Positions 31,845 to 41,100 of a stretch of 64,000 nt of DNA are shown in pieces. Each line of letters opens with the position of its first letter. The stretch's first letter is position 1. Origin of the DNA: Bacillota bacterium (GTDB taxonomy: Bacteria; Bacillota; Sulfobacillia; Sulfobacillales; JAIMBI01). Below the pieces are notes generated by a model. It was not told where the DNA came from. It did no database searches and was given only the letters and a program-made list of their open reading frames with translations. The stretch lies in contig JAJZWV010000008.1 of assembly GCA_021846505.1 (NCBI GenBank), forward strand, positions 11,276 to 75,275. Reading direction: 5' to 3'. Position numbers and translations under genes: made by a program.

Positions 31845-33140
31845 ATGAGTGTGGACCCGAACAGCAGCGCGGCGGATAGGTCGTGCGGGCGGCGTGTGGC
31901 CATCACTGGCTTAGGCGTCATTTCTCCGGTCGGCACCGGCCACCGTGACTTTTGGTCCGGCCTGCTGGCCGCGCGCAGTGGCGCGCGGCCCATCCAGGCG
32001 TTTGACGCGAGCGGGTATCCCACCCGTTTCGCGGCGGACGTCCCGGACTTTGATCCGGGCGCGTACTTGGACCGCAAAGATGTCCGCCACATGGACCGCT
32101 TCACCCAGCTGGGCGTGGCGGCGGCGCAGCTGGCGTGGGACGACGGCGGCTTGGGTCCGGTGGACCCGCACCGCACCGGCGTATCCATGGGCACCGGCAT
32201 TGGCGGCATGCAGACGCTGGTGGATCAGCTGCACGTGCTGGAGTCGCGGGGGCCCGGCCGCGTCAGCCCGTTCTTCATTCCCATGATGATTGGCAACATG
32301 CTGGCGGGGCAGTGTGCGATTCGGTTCGGCCTGATGGGGCCTAACGCGTCGGTCACGACGGCGTGTGCCTCCTCCGGGCACGCCGTGGGCGACGCGCTGC
32401 GCGCGATTCAACATGGGGATGCTGATGTGATGCTGGCCGGCGGCGCGGAAGCCGTCCTGCTTCCGATTGCGCTGGCCGGGTTTTCGAGCATGCGGGCGCT
32501 GTCGACCAACAACGACGACTACCAGCACGCCAGTCGGCCTTTTGATGCCCGGCGGGACGGGTTTGTCATGGGGGAAGGCGCGGGCGTGCTGGTGCTGGAA
32601 GCGCTGGACCATGCGGAGCGCCGCGGAGCGCACATCTATGCGGAGCTGGTGGGCTACGGGCGCTCGGCGGACGCGCACCACATGGTGGAGCCCCATCCCG
32701 ATGGCGCCGGCGCCGTGGCGGCGATGCAAGCCGCCTTGGCGGATGCCAACCTGGCTCCGGAGGACATTGGCTACATCAACGCGCATGCCACTTCCACCCC
32801 GCTGGGCGACGCTGCGGAAACCGCGGCCATCAAGCGAGTGTTTGGCGCCCATGCCTATCGTCTGGCGGTCTCGTCTACCAAATCGGTCACCGGGCATCTT
32901 TTTGGCGCGGCTGGGGCAGTGGAGGCCATCGCCACGGCGCTGGCCCTGCACCACGAGGTGCTCCCGCCCACCGCCAATCTAGAAAATCCGGATCCAGAGT
33001 GCGACTTGGACTACGTGCCCCAGGTGCCGCGGCCACTGGCGGTCCAGGCCGCCCTGTCCAATGCGTTTGGCTTTGGGGGCCACAACGCCTCCCTCGCATT
33101 CCGCGCATGGCCGGCGGGGCCGCTGCCCTCGGCGCCGTGA
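31845..33140 (+). CDS. fabF: 3-oxoacyl-ACP synthase II
   Basis: VAITGLGVISPVG, active-site TACASSGHA, NAHATSTPLGD and GFGGHNASL. Confidence 0.9.
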   Translation: MSVDPNSSAADRSCGRRVAITGLGVISPVGTGHRDFWSGLLAARSGARPIQAFDASGYPTRFAADVPDFDPGAYLDRKDVRHMDRFTQLGVAAAQLAWDDGGLGPVDPHRTGVSMGTGIGGMQTLVDQLHVLESRGPGRVSPFFIPMMIGNMLAGQCAIRFGLMGPNASVTTACASSGHAVGDALRAIQHGDADVMLAGGAEAVLLPIALAGFSSMRALSTNNDDYQHASRPFDARRDGFVMGEGAGVLVLEALDHAERRGAHIYAELVGYGRSADAHHMVEPHPDGAGAVAAMQAALADANLAPEDIGYINAHATSTPLGDAAETAAIKRVFGAHAYRLAVSSTKSVTGHLFGAAGAVEAIATALALHHEVLPPTANLENPDPECDLDYVPQVPRPLAVQAALSNAFGFGGHNASLAFRAWPAGPLPSAP

Positions 33141-33811
33141 ATTCGCTGGCGCGCTTCGTGACAGACCGGGAGCTGCTGGAGACAGCCCTCACCCACTCGT
33201 CGTTTGCGCACGAGGTGGGTGAGGGCGTTTCCTGCAATGAGCGGCTGGAGTTTTTGGGCGACGCCGTGGTGCAGCTGGCCGTCACCGACTGGCTGTATCG
33301 CCACCACGCGGGGTCGTGGGACGAAGGGCGGCTGTCCGAGGCGCGCGCGGCCATCGTGCGGGAGTCGTCCCTGGCGGGGGCCGCTGCCGCTCTGGGCCTG
33401 GGCCCACAGCTGCGCTTGGGGCGCGGGGAGGCGGCCACGGGAGGCCGCCGCAAGCCATCGATCTTGGCGGATGCCTTTGAGGCGGTGGTGGGCGCCAGCT
33501 ATTTGTCCACGGGGTGGGAGACGGCAGCGGAGCTGGTGCTGTGGGTGCTGGCGCCAGCGCTTCTGGCGGCAGGGCGCCGAGAGCGGGATGCGAAAACGAT
33601 GCTCGCCGAGCGGGTCATTCGCCAGGGCCACGTGCCGCGGTACGAGGTAGTGGCGGAAGAAGGGCCGGAGCACGCGAAAATCTTCACGGTGGCGGTGACA
33701 TGGGATGGCCGAGAGCATGGGCGGGGCCAGGGCCGCAGCAAGAAGGCAGCCGAGCAGGCCGCAGCTGCTGCGGTAGGGGACAGGTGGGACGGCGGCGGCA
33801 GAGACCTCTAG
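33107..33811 (+). CDS. rnc: Ribonuclease III
   Basis: NERLEFLGDAVV signature and a C-terminal dsRBD (GPEHAKIFTV...GRSKKAAEQAAA). Start ATG 33107 or GTG 33137. Confidence 0.85.
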   Translation: MAGGAAALGAVNSLARFVTDRELLETALTHSSFAHEVGEGVSCNERLEFLGDAVVQLAVTDWLYRHHAGSWDEGRLSEARAAIVRESSLAGAAAALGLGPQLRLGRGEAATGGRRKPSILADAFEAVVGASYLSTGWETAAELVLWVLAPALLAAGRRERDAKTMLAERVIRQGHVPRYEVVAEEGPEHAKIFTVAVTWDGREHGRGQGRSKKAAEQAAAAAVGDRWDGGGRDL

Positions 33812-34709
33812 CCCTGGGGCAGCGCCGGCGAAGCGGATTCGCCCTGGCTCGGGTGGAATAGAGATGCCGCTGGGAGGCGGGACGGGCGGCCTTCCGGGGG
33901 CAGTGCGCGGGGGCCGGCAGCAATGGCGCGCAAGGCTTCGCGTGCCGTGCCCGGCGCCAACTTGTGACGCCGCCTCCCGATCGGCGTCTGACAGTACAGC
34001 CTGGCTTGGCCGCATCACCGCTGGCGGGTGTCCACGGGGCTGTGTGCCCACAGGGCCCCCGCCATGCGAAATCGCGCTGCCCCCGGCTGCGGCTCCGGCC
34101 GACTGGGTTTGCCGTTCCAGGCTGCGCCATAGCAGGCTCGTCCGCCACACCGCTGTGACAGCGCTTGCGGCGGCCGAAGGCAAGTGACGGCCGTCGGCCC
34201 CCTCGGCGTCGCTGCCGCCTGGGGCCCTGCGGCCCCGGCCTGCGGAGACCATCATCCCGGCGCTCTGACTCGGCCCGGGTGGGATGGTGCACCCCGCGTC
34301 CATCAGATCCGCTGGAGTCCAGCCCTCCGGCTGCGAAGTCAGGTCCGGAGATGGTCGCGATCGGGCGGCCAGGGCGCGCGCCCACGCCCGCGTTCTCGAC
34401 GGGGAACGGCACTGCGCCAGGCGCCCGCGGGTGTGGCGGCGGTGGGTCTCGGTGCAGGTGGCTCCGGAACACTTTCAGCTGTCAGCGGGGCGTCTCACGC
34501 AACCAGCACCTGCGCAGGCGCCATAGGCCGACAGCGCGTGGGCTCGGGGCCGGACTGCGCCTGCAGCAGGCGGTTTGCACCACGCCTTCACACGGGACGA
34601 GGTTGGAGCAAAGCCTCGCGGCTGGAGACAGCACACCCGGGCCACCGGAGGGAAGTCGCGATGGCGGGCCGCCGGCACGGATCACGCACGTCACACGGAA
34701 CCAGGAGAG

Positions 34710-34737
34710 CTGTGAGGGCCCCAGCCGGCCCTCACAG
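34710..34737 (-). terminator. Hairpin 15 nt downstream of the PBP stop codon
   Basis: 11-bp stem CTGTGAGGGCC/GGCCCTCACAG with a 6-nt loop. Only a modest U-tract follows on the minus strand. Confidence 0.5.
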
Positions 34738-34751
34738 GGACCTGCTGGCGG

Positions 34752-37235
34752 CTATCCCGTCCCGTTGCCGGTGCCGTTGCCCAGGCCGGTGCCATTCCCG
34801 GTGCCATTCCCGGTGCCGTTCGCGGGGGGCGTGCCGCCGCTGCCGGTGCCGTTCGCGGGGGGCGTGCTGCCGCTGCCACTGCCCTTGCTGGAAGGTGTGC
34901 AGGTCGCCGTGGGCGCCCACTGAAAGTGGTCCAGCGGGAGTGGCATGCCCGGGCGCCAGTTGGGCTCCTTGGTCAGGAATACCTTGTCAATGGACGGCCC
35001 GCACCCCGGCAGCCACAAGACGTGGGGGTTGCTCGCCAGCACGGGCTCCATGACGTGGCTGTGGCCAATGGACGTCGGCTGCGTGCCCGCGATGAATTGC
35101 GCGCTTTGGATATCATGCTGCGGAGTGTAAGGGCCGGCCAGCTTCCCTGACGTAATGCTGACATCGGGGACGGTCACGATGCCGCTGGGCTTCGGGAAGT
35201 GTGCCACCGGCAGATGCAGCGCCGTGGCCGACTGCTCGATGATTTGGCGCCAGATGGGCCCGGCCGCGGTCGCGCCGTAAGCGGGCCCCTGGCCATTGAT
35301 CAGGTACTGGGGGACATTGGGATCCTCGCTGAGCCGCCCCTCCCACACCACGGCCAGCATCTGCGGGGTAAATCCGTCAAACCAGGCGTCCGCATATCCG
35401 TTGTTGGTGCCGGTTTTGCCGGCGGCCGGGCGGCCCGGCGACAGGTTGTACCCGGTCGTGTACTGCCCCATGCCCGTGTCCTGCGACAGCCCTGGCAAGG
35501 GGCCCGGATAAAATACTCGCTCCATCATTTTGGTCATGATGTAAGCGACTTGCGGCGAGAATTCGCGCTGGCCGCTGGGCTTGTTTTGGAACAGCACCGC
35601 GCCGTACTGGTTGGTCACCTTGGTGATGAAAATGGGCTTCATGCGCACGCCGCCGTTGGCGATGGTGTCGTAAGCGTCGGTCATCTGCATGGGCGTGGGG
35701 CCGTGGAGAAACCCCCCGATGGCCATCGCCAGGCCGGACTGGGTCAGATTTTTCGGGCTGAGCGTCAGGCCAAACTTTTGGTTGGCGAAGTTAAACCCAT
35801 AGTTCAAGCCAATTTTGTTCAGCAGGCGCACCGCGATGTTGTTGTCGGAAATGCCCAGTGCGTCGCGCAGGGTGATGTACCCCACGTTCAGGTGATTGTC
35901 GTTCTGCGGCCACCAGTTGCCGTTGCGGCGAAACTGGGGCAGGTCTTGCATCACCGTCATCTGGGTCATGCCCTTCGCGAGCGCCGGCGTGTACTCCATG
36001 ATCGGCTTGATCGACGAGCCCGTGCTGCGATGCGCTTGGAAGGCCAGGTTCGGGTCAAAGGCCAGTGCTTGAGCAGGATTGCGCCCGCCAATAATGGACA
36101 GCACGTAGCCATTGTGCGGATCCATCACCACCGCCACCGCCTGGTGGAACGGGACGGTTTTGGATGACGGGCCAAAGTTTTTGTTCATCCAGTACGTCAC
36201 GGCGTTTTGAGAGATGTTGTAAACCTTAGGGTCTAGCGCCGTATAGATATGCAGTCCGCCCTGGGTGATTTGCTGGTAAGTGAGGTGGTACGGCGCGCCC
36301 TCCAGCAGGCTGATGATGGTCGTGGTGTACCACGGGTAGGGATCCGAGGACTGCTGCTGAATGTTTCCCTGGTGCAGGTTCAAGGGCGCATGATACGCCG
36401 CCATCGCGGCTTGGTGCGAGAGCCCCTGATAGGTTTCCATCGCTTGCAGCACCTGGAGCTGCCGCGCCTTGGCCAGTTTGGGATTGACGTACGGGTCGTA
36501 CAGCGACGGCGCCTGCACTAAGCCGGCAAGCACACTGGCCTGGGCCAGCGTCAGCTGCGAGGGCTTCTCGCTGAAGTACGCATTGGCGGCCGCGCCAATG
36601 CCCGTGGCGCCGTCCCCAAAATATACGTTGTTCAAGTACATGTTCAAAATTTGCTGCTTGGAGTACATCCGGGCCAGCTCCAGGCCCAAAAAAACCTCCT
36701 GCAGCTTGTACGTCAGGCTCTGGTTGTCCTTCAAGTACAAAGTTTTGGCCAGCTGCTCGGTGATGGTGCTGGCCCCCTGCAGGCCGCCGCGGTGCAAAAC
36801 GTCGACCAGGGCCGCCCGCGCCATCGACTTCAAGTCAAAGCCGGGGTTGGTGTAAAAACTGTGGTCCTCGATGGCGACGATGGCGTTCTGCATGGGCTTG
36901 GATACCTGACTGAGCGGCACCGTGAGGCGATTGGAGGGCCCATGCAGCACTTCCACTGGCTTCCCGTAGCGATCATAGACGATCGAGTCTTGGCTGGTGG
37001 CACCTACGACGGCTTTGATGGCCGGCATGGTGCGCCAAGCCGCCACGACCGACTTGCCCACGACACCCAGGGTCAGCGCGACGACGGCGCCAGCTCCCAA
37101 CAGCACCATGCGGCCCCACCGGAGGCGGCGGCGCGGGCCCTTGGCCGCTGGAGACGGACCATGCAGACGCTTGCCGCACTGACGGCAAAACGTGGACGCA
37201 CTGGTATTGTCAAAGCCACAACGCGCACAACGCAC
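34752..37235 (-). CDS. Class A penicillin-binding protein (PBP1A-type) with N-terminal zinc ribbon and C-terminal low-complexity tail
   Basis: GT51 motifs (AIEDHSFYTNPG, GASTITEQLAK) and transpeptidase motifs (STGSSIKP, SDN, KTGT). N-terminus MRCARCGF...FCRQCG. GTG 37235 after GAGGTGA. Confidence 0.9.
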   Translation of the reverse strand: MRCARCGFDNTSASTFCRQCGKRLHGPSPAAKGPRRRLRWGRMVLLGAGAVVALTLGVVGKSVVAAWRTMPAIKAVVGATSQDSIVYDRYGKPVEVLHGPSNRLTVPLSQVSKPMQNAIVAIEDHSFYTNPGFDLKSMARAALVDVLHRGGLQGASTITEQLAKTLYLKDNQSLTYKLQEVFLGLELARMYSKQQILNMYLNNVYFGDGATGIGAAANAYFSEKPSQLTLAQASVLAGLVQAPSLYDPYVNPKLAKARQLQVLQAMETYQGLSHQAAMAAYHAPLNLHQGNIQQQSSDPYPWYTTTIISLLEGAPYHLTYQQITQGGLHIYTALDPKVYNISQNAVTYWMNKNFGPSSKTVPFHQAVAVVMDPHNGYVLSIIGGRNPAQALAFDPNLAFQAHRSTGSSIKPIMEYTPALAKGMTQMTVMQDLPQFRRNGNWWPQNDNHLNVGYITLRDALGISDNNIAVRLLNKIGLNYGFNFANQKFGLTLSPKNLTQSGLAMAIGGFLHGPTPMQMTDAYDTIANGGVRMKPIFITKVTNQYGAVLFQNKPSGQREFSPQVAYIMTKMMERVFYPGPLPGLSQDTGMGQYTTGYNLSPGRPAAGKTGTNNGYADAWFDGFTPQMLAVVWEGRLSEDPNVPQYLINGQGPAYGATAAGPIWRQIIEQSATALHLPVAHFPKPSGIVTVPDVSITSGKLAGPYTPQHDIQSAQFIAGTQPTSIGHSHVMEPVLASNPHVLWLPGCGPSIDKVFLTKEPNWRPGMPLPLDHFQWAPTATCTPSSKGSGSGSTPPANGTGSGGTPPANGTGNGTGNGTGLGNGTGNGTG
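34757..34890 (-). repeat. Short tandem DNA repeats encoding the Gly/Asn/Thr/Pro-rich PBP tail
   Basis: The 33-nt unit GGTGCCGTTCGCGGGGGGCGTGC(C/T)GCCGCTGCC occurs twice in tandem, next to GGTGCCATTCCC x2. Encodes ...GSGGTPPANGT GSGSTPPANGT... and (GNGT)n. Confidence 0.8.
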
Positions 37236-37428
37236 TCCATCACCTCACTGTCAACACGGTTCCCCTGCGCTAGGGGCGAATATGGCGGGCTCGGCTCGTC
37301 GCCGGAACTTGGATCGCGGCCCTAGCGGGCTAATCTCGCCGGCCATTGTAGCATACGCAAATAAGCCGCCCGCTCTGGCCCTCGAGATACAACGTGCCGC
37401 GGAGGCACGGGGTTGCTGGCGAGGCCTG

Positions 37429-37995
37429 TCACATAGTGGCAGGAGGCAGCAAGCGCAGCACTTGCAAGATGGTGCCGATGGGGCGGCTGACCGAGTCGAG
37501 GGTGGCTTCGGGGTATGCCAGGAGCAGCGGGCCCGCGTCCGTCTGCACGACGTGCCGAATGGCGGGGAGGTGGTCAGGCGTCATCGCCAGAACCAGTGCG
37601 GCCGCCGCCAGGTTGGCCGGTCCAATCACCAGGCAGTCTCCGATGAGGATCCCAGCCTCGACGGGTCCCTGGTGGCGCCACACAAACAGGCCGCGGCCCC
37701 GGTCGAGCGTGATGGGCAGTGTCTCCCCGCTGTAGATGGGTTCACCCGTCTTGGTGAAGCGCTCGGCGACGGGCAGCCGGCCGGGGCGCCCGCTGGACTC
37801 GCGCGCGATGCTGGCTCCGCGGTACTGACCTGTGAGGACCGCGCGCTTGAAGGGGCGGATGCCGTGGAACCCGCGCTTGTTCATCCAATAGTAGATCGTT
37901 TTCTCCTCGGCGTAGCCTAGGCGCTGCGCAATCTCGCGCACGCTCACCGAGGGATCAGAAAGGATTACGTCCGCGATCTTGTCCGCCACATCCAT
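37429..37995 (-). CDS. HTH-domain protein with LexA/S24-like C-terminal fold lacking catalytic Ser/Lys
   Basis: N-terminus SVREIAQRLGYAEEKTIYYWMNKRG (HTH). C-terminus LPVAERFTKTGEPI...LFVWRHQGPVEAGILIGDCLVIGPA...PAIRHVV aligns with LexA LPLVGRVAAGEPL...[23 protein letters not shown]...VTVKRLK. High GC3. Confidence 0.6.
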   Translation of the reverse strand: MDVADKIADVILSDPSVSVREIAQRLGYAEEKTIYYWMNKRGFHGIRPFKRAVLTGQYRGASIARESSGRPGRLPVAERFTKTGEPIYSGETLPITLDRGRGLFVWRHQGPVEAGILIGDCLVIGPANLAAAALVLAMTPDHLPAIRHVVQTDAGPLLLAYPEATLDSVSRPIGTILQVLRLLPPATM

Positions 37996-38032
37996 GAAGG
38001 GTCACATTCCGCGCGCGCATGCACCCGTCCTT

Positions 38033-38085
38033 TACAGAAAGGCTGTCTAAAAAAGGCGTAATCCGCACCTGCGATACAGAAAGCC
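38033..38085. promoter_or_regulatory. Direct repeat TACAGAAAG(G/C)C x2 in the divergent HTH-gene/smc intergenic region
   Basis: Copies at 38033-38043 and 38075-38085, spaced 42 bp apart. The first is part of the dyad ACAG-N5-CTGT. CCGGTACCGG palindrome at 38084-38093. TACAAT -10 for smc at 38114-38119. Confidence 0.3.
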
Positions 38086-38152
38086 GGTACCGGATTCCGG
38101 GGCGCCGGCACGGTACAATGGCGGAAAGCTCGGCTCGCAAAGTGGAGGCGCC

Positions 38153-41100
38153 ATGCATCTCAAAGCAGTGGAACTATACGGCTTCAAGTCGTTTGCGGGT
38201 GAGGTGCGCATCGAGTTGCCGGCGGGGCTCACGGCGTTCGTGGGCCCCAACGGCGGCGGCAAGAGCAATCTGGTCGACGCCATCCGCTGGGCACTGGGCG
38301 AGCAGCGCGTCCGCGAGCTGAGAGCGGAGCGGTGGGAGGACTTGCTGTGGAGCGGATCTCCGCACCGCCGCCCGGCGCAGTTAGCCGAGGTGATGCTGGA
38401 GTTTGACAACACCGACGGGGTCATGGCCCGATGGCCAGAGACCCTTCGGGTTGGGCGGCGCCTCTATCGCCACGGGGACAGCGAGTATCTGGTAGGCACG
38501 CGCGCAGTGCGGCTGAAGGACCTCACGGAGTGGTTTTTGGACAGCGGGCTCGGGCGCGCGGCCTACGCGGTGATTGGGCAGGGGCGCATCGAGGCCACGC
38601 TCCTCCAGCGGCCCGCCGAGCGGCTGCAGCAAGTCGAGGAGGCCGCCGGCAATACGCGGGTTCAGTTGCGGGAGCAGGAGACCCGGCAGCGGCTGGCGGC
38701 CGTGGCTCGGGACTTGGTGAGGGCGCGCGACCTCACGGTGGGGGTCCAGCGGGAGATGGCGGAGATGGCCGCTGAAGCGGAGCGGGAGCGCCGCTACTTG
38801 GCGCTGGCCGCGGAGGTGGACCGCCTGCGGCTCGGACTCAAAGCGGCGCGGCGCGCTAAGTTGGAGCGTCAGATGGGGCGCTTGGCAGAGCAGCGGGCTG
38901 CGGCGGATAGCCGGCGGGCGGTGCTCAGCTCGGAGCACGACGCCCTGGAGGCGGCTCGCACCGCGCTGGAGGCGGTGGCGGCACAGCAGGACGCAGCGCG
39001 GGCAAAGCTGGATGCGAGGGCGCAGGAGTGCGAGCAGGCCCGCCAGCGGTGGCAAGGGAGGCTGGAAAGCCTTCGTGCCGAGCGCTCTCAGATTGAGGGC
39101 TGGGTTCGGGAGGCGCAGCAGGAAGAGTCGCGCCATGCGGCGGCGGCCGACGGGCCCCCGTTGGCGGCAGAGGCGCCGGACGACCGGCTGGCCGAAGTGC
39201 ACGCGGCGCTGCGCGCGGTGGAGCGAGCGCTGGTGCAGGCGGAGGCCGACCAGGCGGCCAAGGAGCGGACGCACCAGGCACTGGCGGCGGAGCGGGACCG
39301 GCTGGCGGCGCTCGAGGTGGGATACCGCCGAGCCGCGGACCGGCTGTCGGGTATCTTAGGCCCGCTCGCGGAAGACCCCGCGCGCTCCATGGCCGCGCTG
39401 GCACAGCAGGTGGAGGCCGAAGCCGCGCAGCTGGCCGCCAGTGATGGCGAGATGCGGCAGCAAGCGGAGCAGGTGGATCGGCTCACCCAGTATCTGTCGG
39501 CCGAGCGCGAGCGTCTGGCGGCCTTGGAGCAGCAGGTGGCGCAGCGCCAAGCTCGGCATCGGGTGCTGCACCAGCTGGAGGCGGAGGGAGAGGGATATGG
39601 CTCCGGCGTCCGGGCTGTGCTGCGCGCGGCCCAAGAAGGGGCCCTCGAAGGTGTGCTGGGCACCCTCGGCTCGCTGCTCACGGTTCCGGATCCTTATCAG
39701 GTGGCGATTCTGGCCACCTTGGGCGGTGCGGCGCAGGATGTGGTCGTGGCCACCGACCGCGATGCGCGGCGCGCGGTGCGCCACCTGCAGGCGCGTGGAT
39801 TGGGCCGGGCGACATTCCTGCCGCTGGATGCCGTGCGTGCGGCCCGGCCCAATGTCGGCGACAACGATTTGGCGCGCCAGGAGGGCGTGCGCGGCTGGGC
39901 GCTGGACTTGGTGTCGATGGATGCGCGGGTGCGGCCGGCGGCGGCCCATCGGCTGGGGCGCGTGCTAGTGCTGGAGCGATTAGAGGATGCCGTCGCCCTC
40001 GGGCGGCTCACCGCGTTTCGGTATCGCTTGGTTACGCTGGATGGGCAGCTTGTGCATCCCGGCGGTGCCATCACCGGCGGCTCGCCGGGCCAGCCGTCGT
40101 CTCCCTGGACGCGGCGCGCGGAAATCGGGCACCTCGCGAAGCAGCTCGCGACAGAGCGGCCGCAGCTTGCCGGGCTGCGCGAGCTGCTGGCCAGTGCCGA
40201 GCGGGAGCGTCGGGAAGCGGTGGCGCAGCTCGCGCAGCGCGAGCGCGAGCATCATCAGAGGCAGGTGGCTCACGGGGAAGCCGTGCGGCGGCTCGCGGCC
40301 GCGCGCTCGGTGTGGGAGTCCCAGGACCCCGGCGGCGCTGAGGCCGCGGAGCGCCTGCCGGGTGCCGAGAGGGTAGCGGCGGAGGCGGAGGCGGAGTGGC
40401 GGGCCGCGGGCGCAGCCACGCAGGAGCTCCGGAGCCAGCGCGCGGCGCTGAACTCGGAGCGGGAGCGGTGGGAAGCGGCCGCCGGCGAGCGCCGGCGCGC
40501 GGCCGAGCGGTGGGCCGCGGTCGCGGCGGAGGCTGCGGAGCGCCGTGCGGCCGCCGAGCGGCGCCTGGCTACTTTGTCGGCGCGGGCTGAGACGGTGGGG
40601 CAGGCGGTAGAGCGGGCCGCGGAGCAGTTAGGCGCTTTGGACGCGGAACTGCGCGAGCTGGCCGGCGAGGCCGCCACGCGCCGCGAGGAGCGGTCGGCCC
40701 TGCGGGAGGAAGCCCGCGTGCTGGAGGATCGCCTAGTCGGCGTGCGGGTCGAGCGGGGACGGGTGGACCAGCGCAGCCAGCAGCTGGCGGTGGAGCAGGA
40801 GCGGGTCGCGGGTCAGCTGGAGGAGCTGGCGGCAGATCCGGAGTCCGGCGGACCGCCCGTGGCCGACGTGCCTGCGTCGGAGCGGGAAATGGCGGCGCTG
40901 GCGCGGCAGGGCGAAGAACTGGGCCCGATTCGGCCAGGCAGCCTGGCGGCCTACGACGCGCTGGAGCAGCGGGCTCGGTTTTTGGCATCTGAGCAGCAAG
41001 ACGTGCAGCAGGCCGCCGCCGACTTGGAGTCGACCTTGGCCACCCTGGCGCAGGAGGTAGAGGTTCGGCGCCGCGATGCCTTGCAGCAGTTGGAGCAGGC

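Noticed and set aside
33011-34472. Minus-strand ORFs of 430 and 262 aa covering rnc and the orphan spacer.
   Set aside because: The part over rnc is an antisense shadow. The part in the spacer has no SD-linked start, no motifs, and a GC3 no higher than bulk GC by my hand count.
34757-34890. Short tandem repeats that could be mistaken for a CRISPR-like array.
   Set aside because: The units are contiguous with no spacers, number only 2-4 copies, and lie in frame inside the PBP coding sequence. This is not a CRISPR array.
34165-35053. Plus-strand ORFs encoding Cys/Arg/Pro repeats (e.g. RCRCRCPGRCHSRCHSRCRSRG...), one with a reasonable SD at 34661.
   Set aside because: The repetitive peptide is simply the antisense or out-of-frame reading of the PBP's GNGT/PPANGT repeat DNA. 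It overlaps a well-supported gene.
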